Below are positions 35,142 through 46,848 of a stretch of DNA of 64,000 nucleotides, piece after piece. The translations under genes were made by a program, and so were the position numbers. Origin of the DNA: Azolla caroliniana (Eukaryota > Plantae > Polypodiophyta); the NCBI GenBank assembly GCA_043228905.1, contig JBHGNT010000017.1, forward strand, positions 10,912,001 to 10,976,000, written 5' to 3'. The notes under the pieces were generated by a model. The model did no database searches. It worked only from the letters and a program-made list of their open reading frames with translations, and was not told the origin of the DNA. Every line of letters begins with the position of its first letter. Position 1 is the stretch's first letter.

Positions 35142-38100
35142 TCATTCCTCCTTTAAGATGTCGAGGATGCTTTCGGGGTCCGGGGTGGTGGCAGGGTCAT
35201 TTGGTTGGACTGTCGGTGCGGGGGGTTGAGTTTGGTCCGGGGGTGGCATATCTTCTCGGGCGTCTGCCTCGGGTGCGGCCGATTCTTCTGGTGGGAGTGT
35301 GGGTTCGTGGGCGCTGGCCTCTCCTTCGATAGGCTTTGGTACCGTGTGGACGTCCATGGGATGTCTGTTGGCCGGGACAAGTTCCTCCTATGCCGTGTCC
35401 GTGATCTCTTTGCTGGGAGGTTCTTCTTTCTGCTCTGTGGCTGTTGGAGGGCTGGTCGGGATGGCTGCGAGTCGTTCTCGTTCGAAGGCTTCTGCTTCCA
35501 GGCGAAACAACATCTGACCGTCATTGAAGTCCTCCATTATTTGCTCGATTGCCGCGGTGTGAGATTTTGCCAGGGACTGGTAATCCTCGGTTAAATCTGC
35601 ACGCAGGTTTTGAATGCTGGCTTCGTCCATTTTGTAGAAGCCGCAACCCTCCTTCCGTCAGTTCTCGGCGTCGGCGCGTAAAATATGCAATTCGGCAGCT
35701 TGGCCTGACTGTTCTTTGCATCCGCGGTTACGAGCTGGAGAGCCTGCTCGTAACGCTTGGTGAGTTCTTCGGTGGCTTGCTCCCGTTCTTTCTAACACGT
35801 GGCCCGGATTTGTTCCCGTTCGATGATTCTCTCTTCTTGAAGGGCGAAGTAGGAATCCGATAAGGCGTCTTTTTGCTCCGAAAGTAGCTTGCATTTGATG
35901 AAAAACTCGTCAGCCATCTCTTTAAGGGTCGTACGCTGACTCTGCAGCTCGGCATTCTCCGCGTTCATCCTCTCCTCCCGTTCGCGATTTCTTTCCTCCT
36001 ACCGCTGGTTCCAGTCGTGTGCATTGTCGAGCGCGGCCTGTAGGTCTAGAACCTCCGTCTCTTTCTTCACCACTGTGGCTGCGTATTCCTCCAGCTTGCT
36101 TTTGAGTTCGGCTTCCTTGGCCGCGGCTTGCGCTTGTACCCGGCCCAGTGCTTCGTTCTGCTCGTGTATCCTTTGGTCGGCCTGGGCTCTTATCTCGGCC
36201 ATTTGCTTGGAAGCTTCTTCTTTTAGGCGAGCCATCGCCTCTTGATGCCGTTGCTCGTGTCTCTCGGTTCGCCGTTGTTCTTCTTTAAGCTCCGCACGGT
36301 AATCCCGGAGCGGGGGTTCTGTCTGGGTTGCCACCTCCTTGGTTGCACGAGGTGCGGGTAGTTCGGTTTGCTCCACGGCCGTGGCCGCCTCGGTTGTTGT
36401 GCAGGCATTGACCATTTGTAACGAGTCCATTTGTGTACTGGCCTGCACCTTCAGGATGGAGTCGGTGATGGTGCTTTCATCCATCATTGTTATGCGTGGA
36501 GGCGTTGGGAGGGCCTCGGTGGTCGTTACTGGAAGGCTCGAGACTTGTTGTTCCAGCCGGTTTTGCTCCCAGGCTGCCAGCTTCTGGTTCGCAGCGTGCC
36601 ATAGTTCTGTAGCTATCTTAGCCTGTTTTTGGGCTACTTTTATCTTTCGGGCCATGTCTTTGGCTGCCCGCGTAGTGCGATCCAGGTCCCGATATGCCTC
36701 GATAAGGGCCGGGTTCAACTCGGGGACCTCCATGAGGAGAGCGGCCTGTTTTTCCTGCTTCTTCCTCTCGATTTTTTGTAAAGCCCTGTCCTCCTGGGGC
36801 TCAATTTCACCTATTAGCGCGCGTTGAATCATTTTTGTTTCGGCGTGCTCTTCCGCCATCCGAGCGGCTGCCGCGACTTGGGCTTTGGCGAGGAAGTCGA
36901 CCAACTCGAATGACGTACTGAGGCGTAGGAGCGCACTAAATTCGTAAGCCTCCGCGGGGAGGTCCTTATACCCGAGGACTTCATCCTCCGAGATCTGTGT
37001 TGTCTGCCCATGCTCGATCGTTCCCTGGTTCAGCGATGCCTCCGCAGGGGTGATGGCCAGGTTGCTCTGTCTGACCACTAAGGCTTGCTCCTGATGTGGC
37101 TCCTTTTGTTCTTCCGAGGACTCGCGGTTGAGTCGTCTTCTTTTGCTTGGTTGTGTTTGGGGTTCCGGGGCCGGTAGTGTCGTTTCCTCCGCCTGCTTCC
37201 TTTTCTGGGGTCTTGGTGGTGCAGCCTGTTGTGTGTTGGAGCGTGGGCTAGGTCCTGGGGACGTTACCGAGGGGCGCAACGTTGGCTGTCGAATGGTGAC
37301 GTCATCGACCGTGTTGTCTGACGTGGCTACCTCCCCCTCCCATTCTTGGCAGGTCTCGGAAACTACCCTTTTTTGTTGGGGTTGGGCGGGTGGTGGAGCA
37401 GATGCGGTTTTCTGGTCGGCGGCAGGGGGTGAAGGCGATGTGGGCTCCTCCCATGCTTCAAGGCTGATGGCCACGAATTTCTCTCTCTGCCTCCGTGGTG
37501 GTGGTGGGGACGTGAGTGCGCGAGGGGAAGGAAGCGAAGAGGGTGGGTATAGCACCATCAAAAAGTGGGTAAGAACAGACAACATCTTCTTACCGGACTG
37601 AAATGAAGCTAAGGCGGCGCGGAGTCCTTCGTCTGTGATGATTCCCCAATCGATTCTATTTCCTTCATAAGCGCTAATGATGATGGCTGCCTTGTTCTGC
37701 GGCATGCTCGTTGGGTTCGTATGCACGAACGCATACTCCATCAAGATACGAGCAATCTCCCCGAAAGCTTTGTTGGGCCCGCCATACGTGCGATATGCCT
37801 TCCCTGTGGCTGAGTACTCACCGAAGTACGCCTTCATCTTTGATGCCGGGGGTATGTCGACCTCATGGTCCCCTCCCCGTTGCAGGTCCAAAACAGCCCG
37901 AAGCACGTTGTTGGTGATGGCTTCGGGACTTATACGTTTCACCACAGTTTGGGCATCTGGGTGCGCGGGGGCAGCGATGATCTTCAGGTAACCGCCCATT
38001 CCTCGTTCCTGGAGCCAAGCGCGGGTTTCTGCTGAGGCGGTAAGAGGCATAGTGGAGATGGAGGCTGGGTTCGACTGTGTGGAAGCGTGAAGCAAAGTGA

Positions 38101-38350
38101 TGAGGCGAGGACGAGCTACAGCAGGAGCAACAGGAAGTGGAAGTCTAGCAGAGAGGTTATGAGAGTGGAAGAGGGCTTGAGAGCAAGAGCGCTTTGCGTG
38201 ATGAGGGCAAGATGGGGTTTCTGATCTTGATAGCAATGGAGATGGAGAGCGATAATGGTCTGTGCTGCGTTTTGGAAACGGTTTTGGTAACTTGTTCCTA
38301 GGGTTTTGTGCCTGCAGCGAATCCTGAAGATTCTGAGTCGTGGGTGCCAT
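35142..38350 (-). CDS. Extra sense ORF 3' of pol in element B (env-position; globular N-domain, Pro-rich linker, long coiled coil)
   Basis: 783-aa open frame 35999-38350, probably continuing through lesions to ...ESILDILKEE* at 35142. E/K/Q/A-rich helical C-half. Confidence 0.75.
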
Positions 38351-38620
38351 AATAAGTGACTAGCACCACGTGTCCTGAAGGTGAGTGGGGTGCTTCCAGT
38401 GCTTTGCATGTGGTTTGCATGTGTGAACAACTTAAATAGGTACTAACTGAGTGGTGGCGAGGGGTGGAGCATAGAGAGTTGAAGGTAACTTGAACTAAGA
38501 GTGGAGGTGAGGGGTGCTCCTAAACTTGTGGGTGCCTAGGTGGGTGGTGTAGGTGTAGCTAAACAGTGGTTAATCCTACCTACTACTACTTTTATTAATT
38601 TCAAGAAGGTGGGTGAGTCC

Positions 38621-41600
38621 TTATGCAGGGGGACACGTGGCGTCCTCCGTGGTGATCTCCCGAGTCTCGTTGGTGCCGTGTGGCTTGGTAAACGGGTTGG
38701 GTGGTGTAGTCCCTCGATATGGTCTAAGCCGAAAACCATTGGCCCAGCTTTTGACCGTGTCGCCGGCGAGTGTGCCGAGCTGGAACGTCCCGTTGAACTC
38801 GTCGATAATCCAGAATGGACCGGTCCACCGAAATCTTAATTTTCCCGGCATTGACCCGAGTCGTGTTTGGAAAAGAAGGACTGGTTTGCCGATGGTGAGC
38901 TCCTTCTCCAGCCCATGTCGATGTCGATCCACGAAAGCCTTGCGTTGCCATTGGCGTTGTTCGAGCTGGGCCATACTTTCTATCCTATCTTCCCCGAGTT
39001 CGAGGAGTTGTTCCAGCCGGTATTGCTCAGATTCGGCCTCGAGGAGCCGTGCTTTGACTTGAACTCGGAGGCTCGGAACTTGGAACTCGACGGGCATTAC
39101 GGCTTCTAAACCGAACGCCATTCGAAAGGGGGTCGATTGGATGCTTGTTTTGAAAGTCGTACGATACGCCCACAACGCACTCTGGAGTTTGTCATCCCAA
39201 TCGGTCCTGTTTTCATTGACGATCTTCTTCAGTATGGTTTGGAGGATTTTATTTGTCGATTCTGCCAAGCCGTTCGCCTACGGGTAGTATGGTGTGCTTT
39301 TCTTGTGCACCACCGCGTAGTGGTGTGTAAGCTCACGTATTATATGATTGACGAAGTGCCCACCTTGGTCACTAACGAGCTCGATTGGACATCCGTAACG
39401 GCACCAGAGGTGCTCGTACACAAATTTAGCCGTGGATGCCACTGTGTTGTCTCAGAGTGCCTTAGCGTCGACCCTTTTGGTGCAGTAATCCGTGGCAACG
39501 ATAATATATCTATTCCCTGTTCGGGCCGCGGGTGGTTTGAAAGGGCCTACAAAATCCAAACCCCATTTTTGAAATGGGTCCAACGGAAGAATCGGCTGGT
39601 GTGGCATTCGTGACTGTTCCATTGGTTGCCCCAGTTGTTGGCACAAATCGCACTGCCTGCAAAACTCGTGAGCGTCTTTCTTCGTTGTTGGCCACCATAA
39701 TCCACTTTGCCAAACTTTCCTTGCCGTGGAATCCCCGACGTAGTGTCCCCAAGCTACTCCCTGGTGGGCTTCCTGAAGAACACGTTCTTCTCGAACTGCC
39801 GAATCGCTCGGCGCCATATGCCGTCCGAGCCTTTGTGGTAGAGAATGTCCGAGACGAGGCAAAAATTCTGGCTACGCACTGTTAGGCGTTTCCTCGTGTC
39901 AAGGGTCATGTGCTCGGGAGGTACACCGGTAGTGAGAAAATAGGTCATCTCCGTGATCCATTCATCTCTGTTATCGTCTGGTACCGTGGTCAGGTTAAAT
40001 AGGCTAGCGTCTGGTAGCTCGTCGTACGTTGTTTTCGCCGGTTCTCCTGACTCAAGACGGCTCAAGTAGTCGGTGATGGCATGTTGTACCCCGGGTCGAT
40101 GCTGAATCTGAAAATCAAACTCTTGTAGTAGGAGCATCCACCGAGCCAACCGTCCAATGAGGGCTTGTTTATTGACCAAATAAATAAGGGCCGAGTGATC
40201 CACGTGAAAGGTAAATTTTCGGCCCAAGAGGTAATGCCGAAATTTATTGATGCTATAAATCATACCGAGGGCCTCCCGCTCGGTGGTGGAGTAATTCTTT
40301 TCCGCGGTCGAGAACCGTCGGCTGGCATAGTACATGGGCCTATACCAATTCGGGGGTGTGCATTGCATCAGAGCACTTCCGATGGCGATGTCCGAAGCAT
40401 CTACGAAGACGTGAAACGGTTCGGACCAAACCGAAGACTGGACCACCGGGGCATGTGACAACATTCGTTTCAGGGTCTGATAAGCCGTATCCTCGACTGA
40501 CGTCCATTGGAAAGGAAGGCGATGGACTGCCGCATGTAAGGGTGTCGCGAAATCGGCCAAGTGTCGTATCATTCGGCTGTGCCATCGGATCTGTCCCAAA
40601 AAACGGCTTAGTGCCTTAGCATTCGAGGGTGCGGTGGCATCCAGGATTGCCTTTACTTTATCCGGGTCCATAGCGATGCCTTCTTGACTAACAATGTGGC
40701 CGAGAAGGTTGCCGCTAGTGACTAAGAACGCGCATTTCGCCGGGTTTAAACTCAATCAAGCTTGGTGACATCGGTCCAGGCAGAGTCGTAACTGGGTCAT
40801 GTGTTCCCGTCGATGGCCATACACGGCGAAATCGTCAAGAAAAACTTGCATGAACGTCGGGATGTAGTCATGAAAGATTTCAGTGATGATGCGCTGGAAC
40901 GTAGCCGACGCTGTTTTTAGACCGAACATCATAACTTCTGCTACAAAAACGCCCCATTCCGTGACGAAAGCGGTTTTCTCCTGATCCTCCGGGTGCATTC
41001 TTATCTGGTTATAGCCGCTGAACCCGACGAGGAAACAGTAGCATTCGTGGCCGGCTACCGTGTCGAGGACGCTATCCGTGAATGGGAGAGGGAAACCGTC
41101 GGTGACTGTTGCCGCGTTAAGCTTCCGATAGTCGACGCAGACGCAGATTTTTCCGTTCTTCTTTGGGACCACTACGATCGGGCTCAACCATGTAGCCCGT
41201 TTAATAGGGCGAATGAAGCCCACTCGGAGTAACTTGTCAATTTCCTCTTTGACTTCAGCGGCGTAGTTGGGGTTCATCCTGTAGCGCCTCTGCTGAACCG
41301 GCCGAGTGTCGGGTAAGATGTGAATTTGATGTTGGTAGTATTGAGGATCCAACCCCTTCATATCGGTGTAAGACCAAGCGAAAACATCCTGGTAGTCGGT
41401 GAGTAATTTTACGAGGCATGCCCGTTCGCCGGTTGGTAGATTATTGGCAATTTGTACCGTATGGGGATTCTCGTCCGAACCGAGGTTTATTGTTTCCAGG
41501 GTTGATGCTTTCACTCGTTGTGAAATGGCGAGTTTGCGTTCAAAAGCCTCCTGAGCATGACGTAGCTCGGCAACTGTGGTTGCATCGGGTTCCTCCTGGG

Positions 41601-42414
41601 GTGGTGACTCCTCCGTGACTTCCTCGTCTTTAGATGGCTCGATGGTTGGTAAGGCATTGATTTCGAAGAGAGGAATGATCGTGGGATGATCATCTAGGAA
41701 GTCATCGACCTCCTCATCGGCCAATCCGTCGAGCATATGGACCCCTTCCGCGTATAACGGCGAAGTGTTGAGGGCGACGGGTACTCGTTCTTTAGTGATG
41801 ATTCGGACTTTTGTCTTCCCTCTTCGGAACGAGATCATGTTGCATTGCCAATGTTGCTTGATATTCGCTGTTCGCAACCATGGTCGACCTAGTAACATTG
41901 GGTAGGTGCCTTGTGTCTCCAGTCGTAGCACGACGGCCGAGATCGTGAACATGTGGCCGCCGAGTGTGAAGTCGAGATGGCGGATTAAACCAATGGGGCG
42001 AACGGAGCGGGTGTCGGCCATCCGAAGCCAAAAGGGGCATGGTTCCCATTGATTCAGGCCGAGTTTGAGACACGTTGATTCGCTAATGACGTTTACGCCA
42101 TATCTGCCGTTGATGATGCATCCGTGAAGGTCTTGTCCCTTAATGATGATTCGCACGGCTGGGTTCTGAGAATCCATGAGTTGTGGACCGGTTTCTGCTT
42201 CGGTGAGGTGTACCGGTTGTGTCACAGCCTTTGTATTGGCCTGTAGTGCCGCCAGGGTGTCCCGAAATCTCGGCATGAGTGGTAGCAGTTTATGTAGGGG
42301 CAACGAGATGCGGGAGTTGGTAAGAACATCCCATAGCTGGTTGTCCTCCGACGACGTGGATGGTGCCGGGGTTTGTGATACTTCACTGGGCCCATCCTTC
42401 ATATCAGTTTGCAT
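38621..42414 (-). pseudogene. pol of element B (protease, RT, RNase H, integrase) with several stops/frameshifts
   Basis: [56 protein letters not shown] and LWAYRTTFKT. Confidence 0.95.
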
Positions 42415-43019
42415 GCGTGCGGCATTATTTTTATTGGCCGTGTCGACCCATTCTTTTGCTGCCTGTCGTACTTCATCCTGGATTTGCCACTAAGTAGTCT
42501 GTGCTTTACTCCGGGTAGTGACCGTTTGAACATCGGCCATGATACTGTTTACCGCGGGGGCCTTGCCACGGTTGGTTGTCTGACATTGTGTGGCGTAGTG
42601 GCCTGGTTGGTTACATTTAAAACATGTGATGTTGGCCGAGCTGCTGGTGTCCGCTCGGTCTGTGTGTGGAAGTTGTTGTTGTTGATCCTCGGTCTCGTTT
42701 GGCGGTGGGTTGTTCCGAGGTGCGTTGGAGTTGCGCTGGTCATGTTGAGGAGCGTCCCGTCGGCAGTTGTGATTAGGTCTTCTGTTGTTGCGTGTGTTTC
42801 GATTGCCGTTTCGCCGATCTATGCGTGAGTTTCTTCGGTCATACCGATCATCGCGATCGTCATCGTATCAAGCATAATCGTCGTGCCGGTCATCGCGATA
42901 ATAATCACGGCGATTATCACGTTGGTAGTCGTCGTTTCGGCGCCATCGATCTGGGGATCGCGGTTGGTCGTTATCCTAGTCGCGGTAGATATATCACTCG
43001 TCCTGCCGAGAGTATGTAT

Positions 43020-43888
43020 TTCGTGGCTCGATCTGGCAGACCGGTGCTTCCGTTGTGCGGTTCAACATATTATATTCGCATTGCTCGACCATGTGAGCTC
43101 GAGATTGACAGATCAGACACTGGTCGGTGGGGACATTCGAGGGCTAGGTGTCCTGATCCTGAACACGCGGTGCATTGGAGGGCTTGGCGAAAGCGATTGT
43201 CCTCTTGGGCAAGAGCGTTTTGCAAGGATGTCATCGAGAAGACCGTGCCATGCTGGTTCCGATCAAGGGCGAGAACGCGCGCTATGACTTGTTCGATAGT
43301 ATGGTTGGCGAAATTTGTAAGTGCGAGAGTCGTTCGTAGAGGCTCTCGTAAACTGGATAGGAAAGTGTCCGGTATATGTTGTGCCGAGACATCATCGGCC
43401 ACTTGTCTGTAGAGATCCTGGAACCGGATCGTGAACTGCGTGACCGTTTCGTGCGGTTCTTGGCATATAGAGAAGAATTGTCGTAGCAGTTCCCGTTTAG
43501 GCACCTCGCGATGAAAAAGTTCAAGGAACTTTGTGCGCACAATTTGGAAAGTGGTGGCCTCTCCTATTTTGAGACGAGAGTACCATCGTGCGACCGGTCC
43601 CTCGAGGGAGAGTGTGAACTCGGCAATCTTCGATGCATCGATTTCGGCCGGTGTGAGGCAGTGCGTGGAGTGGTTAGCCTGCCACGTGGATATGAAGGCA
43701 CGGACGTGTGACTCCGCGTCAGGTCCGTCGGCATATCGTGGGTATGAGTACGACATGATGTCGTACTGTGGTTCTTCTGGTAGCCCCGGAAAAGGGTTTA
43801 GTTCCGGTTGGTTGACCTCCGGAGGGCTCGACGGGGGTGCTGGTGGTGAATCCACTCGCGATCGAGTGTCCGGTGGCGAGGATTGCAC
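43020..43888 (-). CDS. gag of element B
   Basis: Retrotransposon-gag-like QEPHETVTQFTIRF and knuckle CTACSGSGHLALEC. Homologous to the element A gag. Confidence 0.85.
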
Positions 43889-46241
43889 TGGACAAGCCCT
43901 CGATTGATCGGGAAAGGATTGGTCAGTGACCGCCGAGTCGGAAGTTCCTTCGACTGGCTCAGGGCGTTGGGCAGGTGGCCGAGACCTCGTGGTGCGAGAG
44001 GGCGCCGTAACGGCGGCTGGTGGTTACCTTCAACGAAGTTCGCTGTGCACTCACAGCTGTAACCGGGCGTGCCAAATTGTGTTACCCGTTCCTTTGGGTG
44101 AACACCTTCGATAGATCTGCGTCTATCGGTCTTCAAGGGCGTGGTACGTGAAGGCTCGTACAGAGGCGTCGAGAGAGATACAGGGCTCAGAGAGAAAACA
44201 CTAGCAAGGTTTTGATAGACGTGGCGGCGTGAAACTCATAGGTATAGATCGAACCACAGACTGATGCAACAAAAATAGGCACAATTAAGATATATTACTA
44301 TGGTAGAAAAGATTACAGAACACGGCCTATGGCCGGTGACCTTACGAGTGTATCTAATTACGAATGACCAAGCTAGTGCTTCCACCTATATTTTCTTCTC
44401 TCTCTCCCTTTTTTCTGAGGTACTGCTCCTCGTTTAAATAACTTTTCCCCTAACACACAACCGAGCCATCGGTGGCCCGTGATACTCGGACTCGGCGTTT
44501 GCTAATTTCCTAATTTTACATTTTTATCCTCTGGACAACACATCTTCGTCGTTGTCCGGCGTCGTCTGGTCTGGCCGCCTCCGTTTTGGCGCTGTTCGGC
44601 CACTACGACCACTCTTAGGTCGCTCTCCGGCCTCTCCTCCGTCTCTGTCGGTGTTCTAGCCTTCGAGCCATCTTAGTCCGGCTCGTTCTGGTTGGTTTTC
44701 CGGCAGTTACTTCGGTTGTTGTCCGTCGTCTTTCGGTCGTGCATCCGGTCTATCGTCCTGGCCGCCTGTCTGCATCCGGTTATTCCGACCAGTTTCCGGC
44801 CCTTCCGACCGCTCTCCAACCGCTCAGACTGTTGCCCGGTTGCTCTTCAGTCACTGTCTGGCCGTTATTCGGCCATTCCGACCTCTCTACGGTCGCTCCG
44901 ACTGTTGTCCGGCCACTTAGACACTTCGGCTGCTATCCGGTCACTCCGGCCTCTCTTGCCCGCTGTCCGGCCATTCCGGCGAGTTCTACCCATTTGGTTG
45001 TAGTTCTGGTTCCTTGTACTCGGCCATCTGACTAGTCGTGTCTTTCCGCGTCGGTTTGTATTTCTTTCGCTTTCTTAATTGCCTTCTCCATCTTTGTTCC
45101 AACAATTCCCTTTGGTCCAGTCGTTTGCTTTCTGGCCATGTGTGTCCGGTCATATGTGGATAGAAATGCACTCTCGCATCTTTGGAAGATACAACATGTG
45201 GTGGTTGGGTCTCGCATAGATCATAGGCTTTATTTCTCCCTTGCTTTTTTCTTCTTTCTTTGCGATCAGATCCACGCCAAAAAGACCAATCACATGTCAA
45301 ACAAAATACACTTGTATAGACATTAATTTGTATCAGAATCATGGCACGGATAATCAATCTGTCATTTCTTGCTTCTCATGCACATCATGGTCACCATTTT
45401 TTGCATATTGTTGTCGATTCCATTTCTTGCAGATCATCACCACGTAACATTCTTCATCTTCCTTGCGCACAACATCACCCTGTTGCATTCCTCGATGACT
45501 TTCAATCACCATCACCATTTCTTGCATATTTTGTCATTATTGACTTGCATCGCCATGTATCATTCTTCGACTCCGTCTCCAAAGGGGCCGCCTTAGTGGT
45601 CGCCAAAAGGTGTTGTAGGTTTTAGGGTTAGGGTTAAGGACGATGATGATGATGAATGATAACTATGATGATTGGTAATGAAGATAGACATGGTGATGGA
45701 GAGTATGATGGTGAGAGAGATCATATAGAGAAGCATTGCGGGGTGGGGGGTGGTGCCTAGAATGGCTCCACCCCCCTCCCAAGGGGGTTCAACGTGAGAG
45801 AGGGAGAGAGAAGAGAAAAGGTGTCAAAGAGAGAGAGATTAGAGAGAAAATGTTCATTCATGTTTCATTCATTCCCCATAAGGGGTTAAATAGTAGAAGA
45901 GGGGGTAGATACATAGGGGTGTAGGCCCCCTCGAGCATTCATACTGGACACTCACTCACACCTCCTCGTATCCATCCACATGTTTCATTCATTCCCCATA
46001 AGGGGTTAAATAGTACAAGAGGGGGTAGATACATAGGGGTGTAGGCCCCCTTGAGCATTCATACTGGACACTCACTCACACCTCCTCGTATCCATCCACA
46101 TGCACACATGTGTGCATGTGTTCACATACGTATCGACTCACAATTACATTTATGCCTCCGACACATACACAACAACATCATGTTAACATTCGACCCTCGA
46201 TCATCACACTTGACTCTCCGTACATCTCGTACGGGGTAACA

Positions 46242-46500
46242 AATGTCTTCATTACTATCTCCTGCCTTTTTGGAGCGAGGCGGTTTTTGCAATGACCAAT
46301 TTGGTTAGGAAATACCATGATAAAGAAATCAAGTAAAACTATAAAGACACATACCCATTCTCTAAATACAATGAAGAATTCTTCCAAAGCCCTATAAGAT
46401 GATTTCATAGGGCAAGCTTGCTCTACTTCCTCCCATGTTGGTAGGGGAAATTTCTTCATCATTACCTCTTGGATCTTCATGCATACTTTATGGCTAAAAA
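46242..46500 (-). pseudogene. Probable upstream exons of the methyltransferase gene
   Basis: Removing element C and one AATGT gives a continuous frame KPPRSKKAGDSNEDI/PSSFIMHLEHAKYEKK. An upstream GTATGT donor at ~46354 follows KKFPLPTWEEVEQACP...FREW, but the acceptor appears mutated. Confidence 0.5.
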
Positions 46501-46848
46501 ACTAAAGAAATCATTGGTCAATCATCAAAACAAAACAACAAGCCAATCAAAGAAGAATCAATCTGTCACAGACACACCAACCATGAACTCAGGTGAAGCA
46601 CGGATGACAAGGCTATGAGGAACTTAGGAAGCTAGGATTGAGATTACATCATGAAGACAACAATGACGAACGAGACAAGATGGAATTGAACAAGAATACT
46701 AGATTAATGTGTTAATGAATGGTGTTGAATCCCTTGAAATATCTCTAGAACATACCCGACAAATATCTCTAGAATATACCCGTCTAGAATACACCATAGA
46801 ATATTTCTAGAATATACTAAAGACTAGAATATTCTGGAATGTACTGTG

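Larger units (their letters stand above)
34584..44540 (-). mobile_element. Full-length Arg-primed non-chromovirus Ty3/gypsy element B (9957 bp)
   Basis: 461-bp LTRs at 34584-35044 and 44080-44540 (~9 differences by eye), TSD CATCT, PBS TGGCACGCCCGGT at 44074-44062, order gag-PR-RT-RH-INT plus an extra ORF. Confidence 0.96.
33146..46241 (+). mobile_element. Non-autonomous LTR element C (~3.1 kb without nested B)
   Basis: LTRs 33146-33656 and 45611-46241 (TGTTG...GGTAACA), TSD AATGT, PBS-like TGGCAAGCCCGTGGGA at 33662-33677 and inverted PBS at 45596-45605. The internal region is pyrimidine-rich with no gag/pol motifs. Confidence 0.93.
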
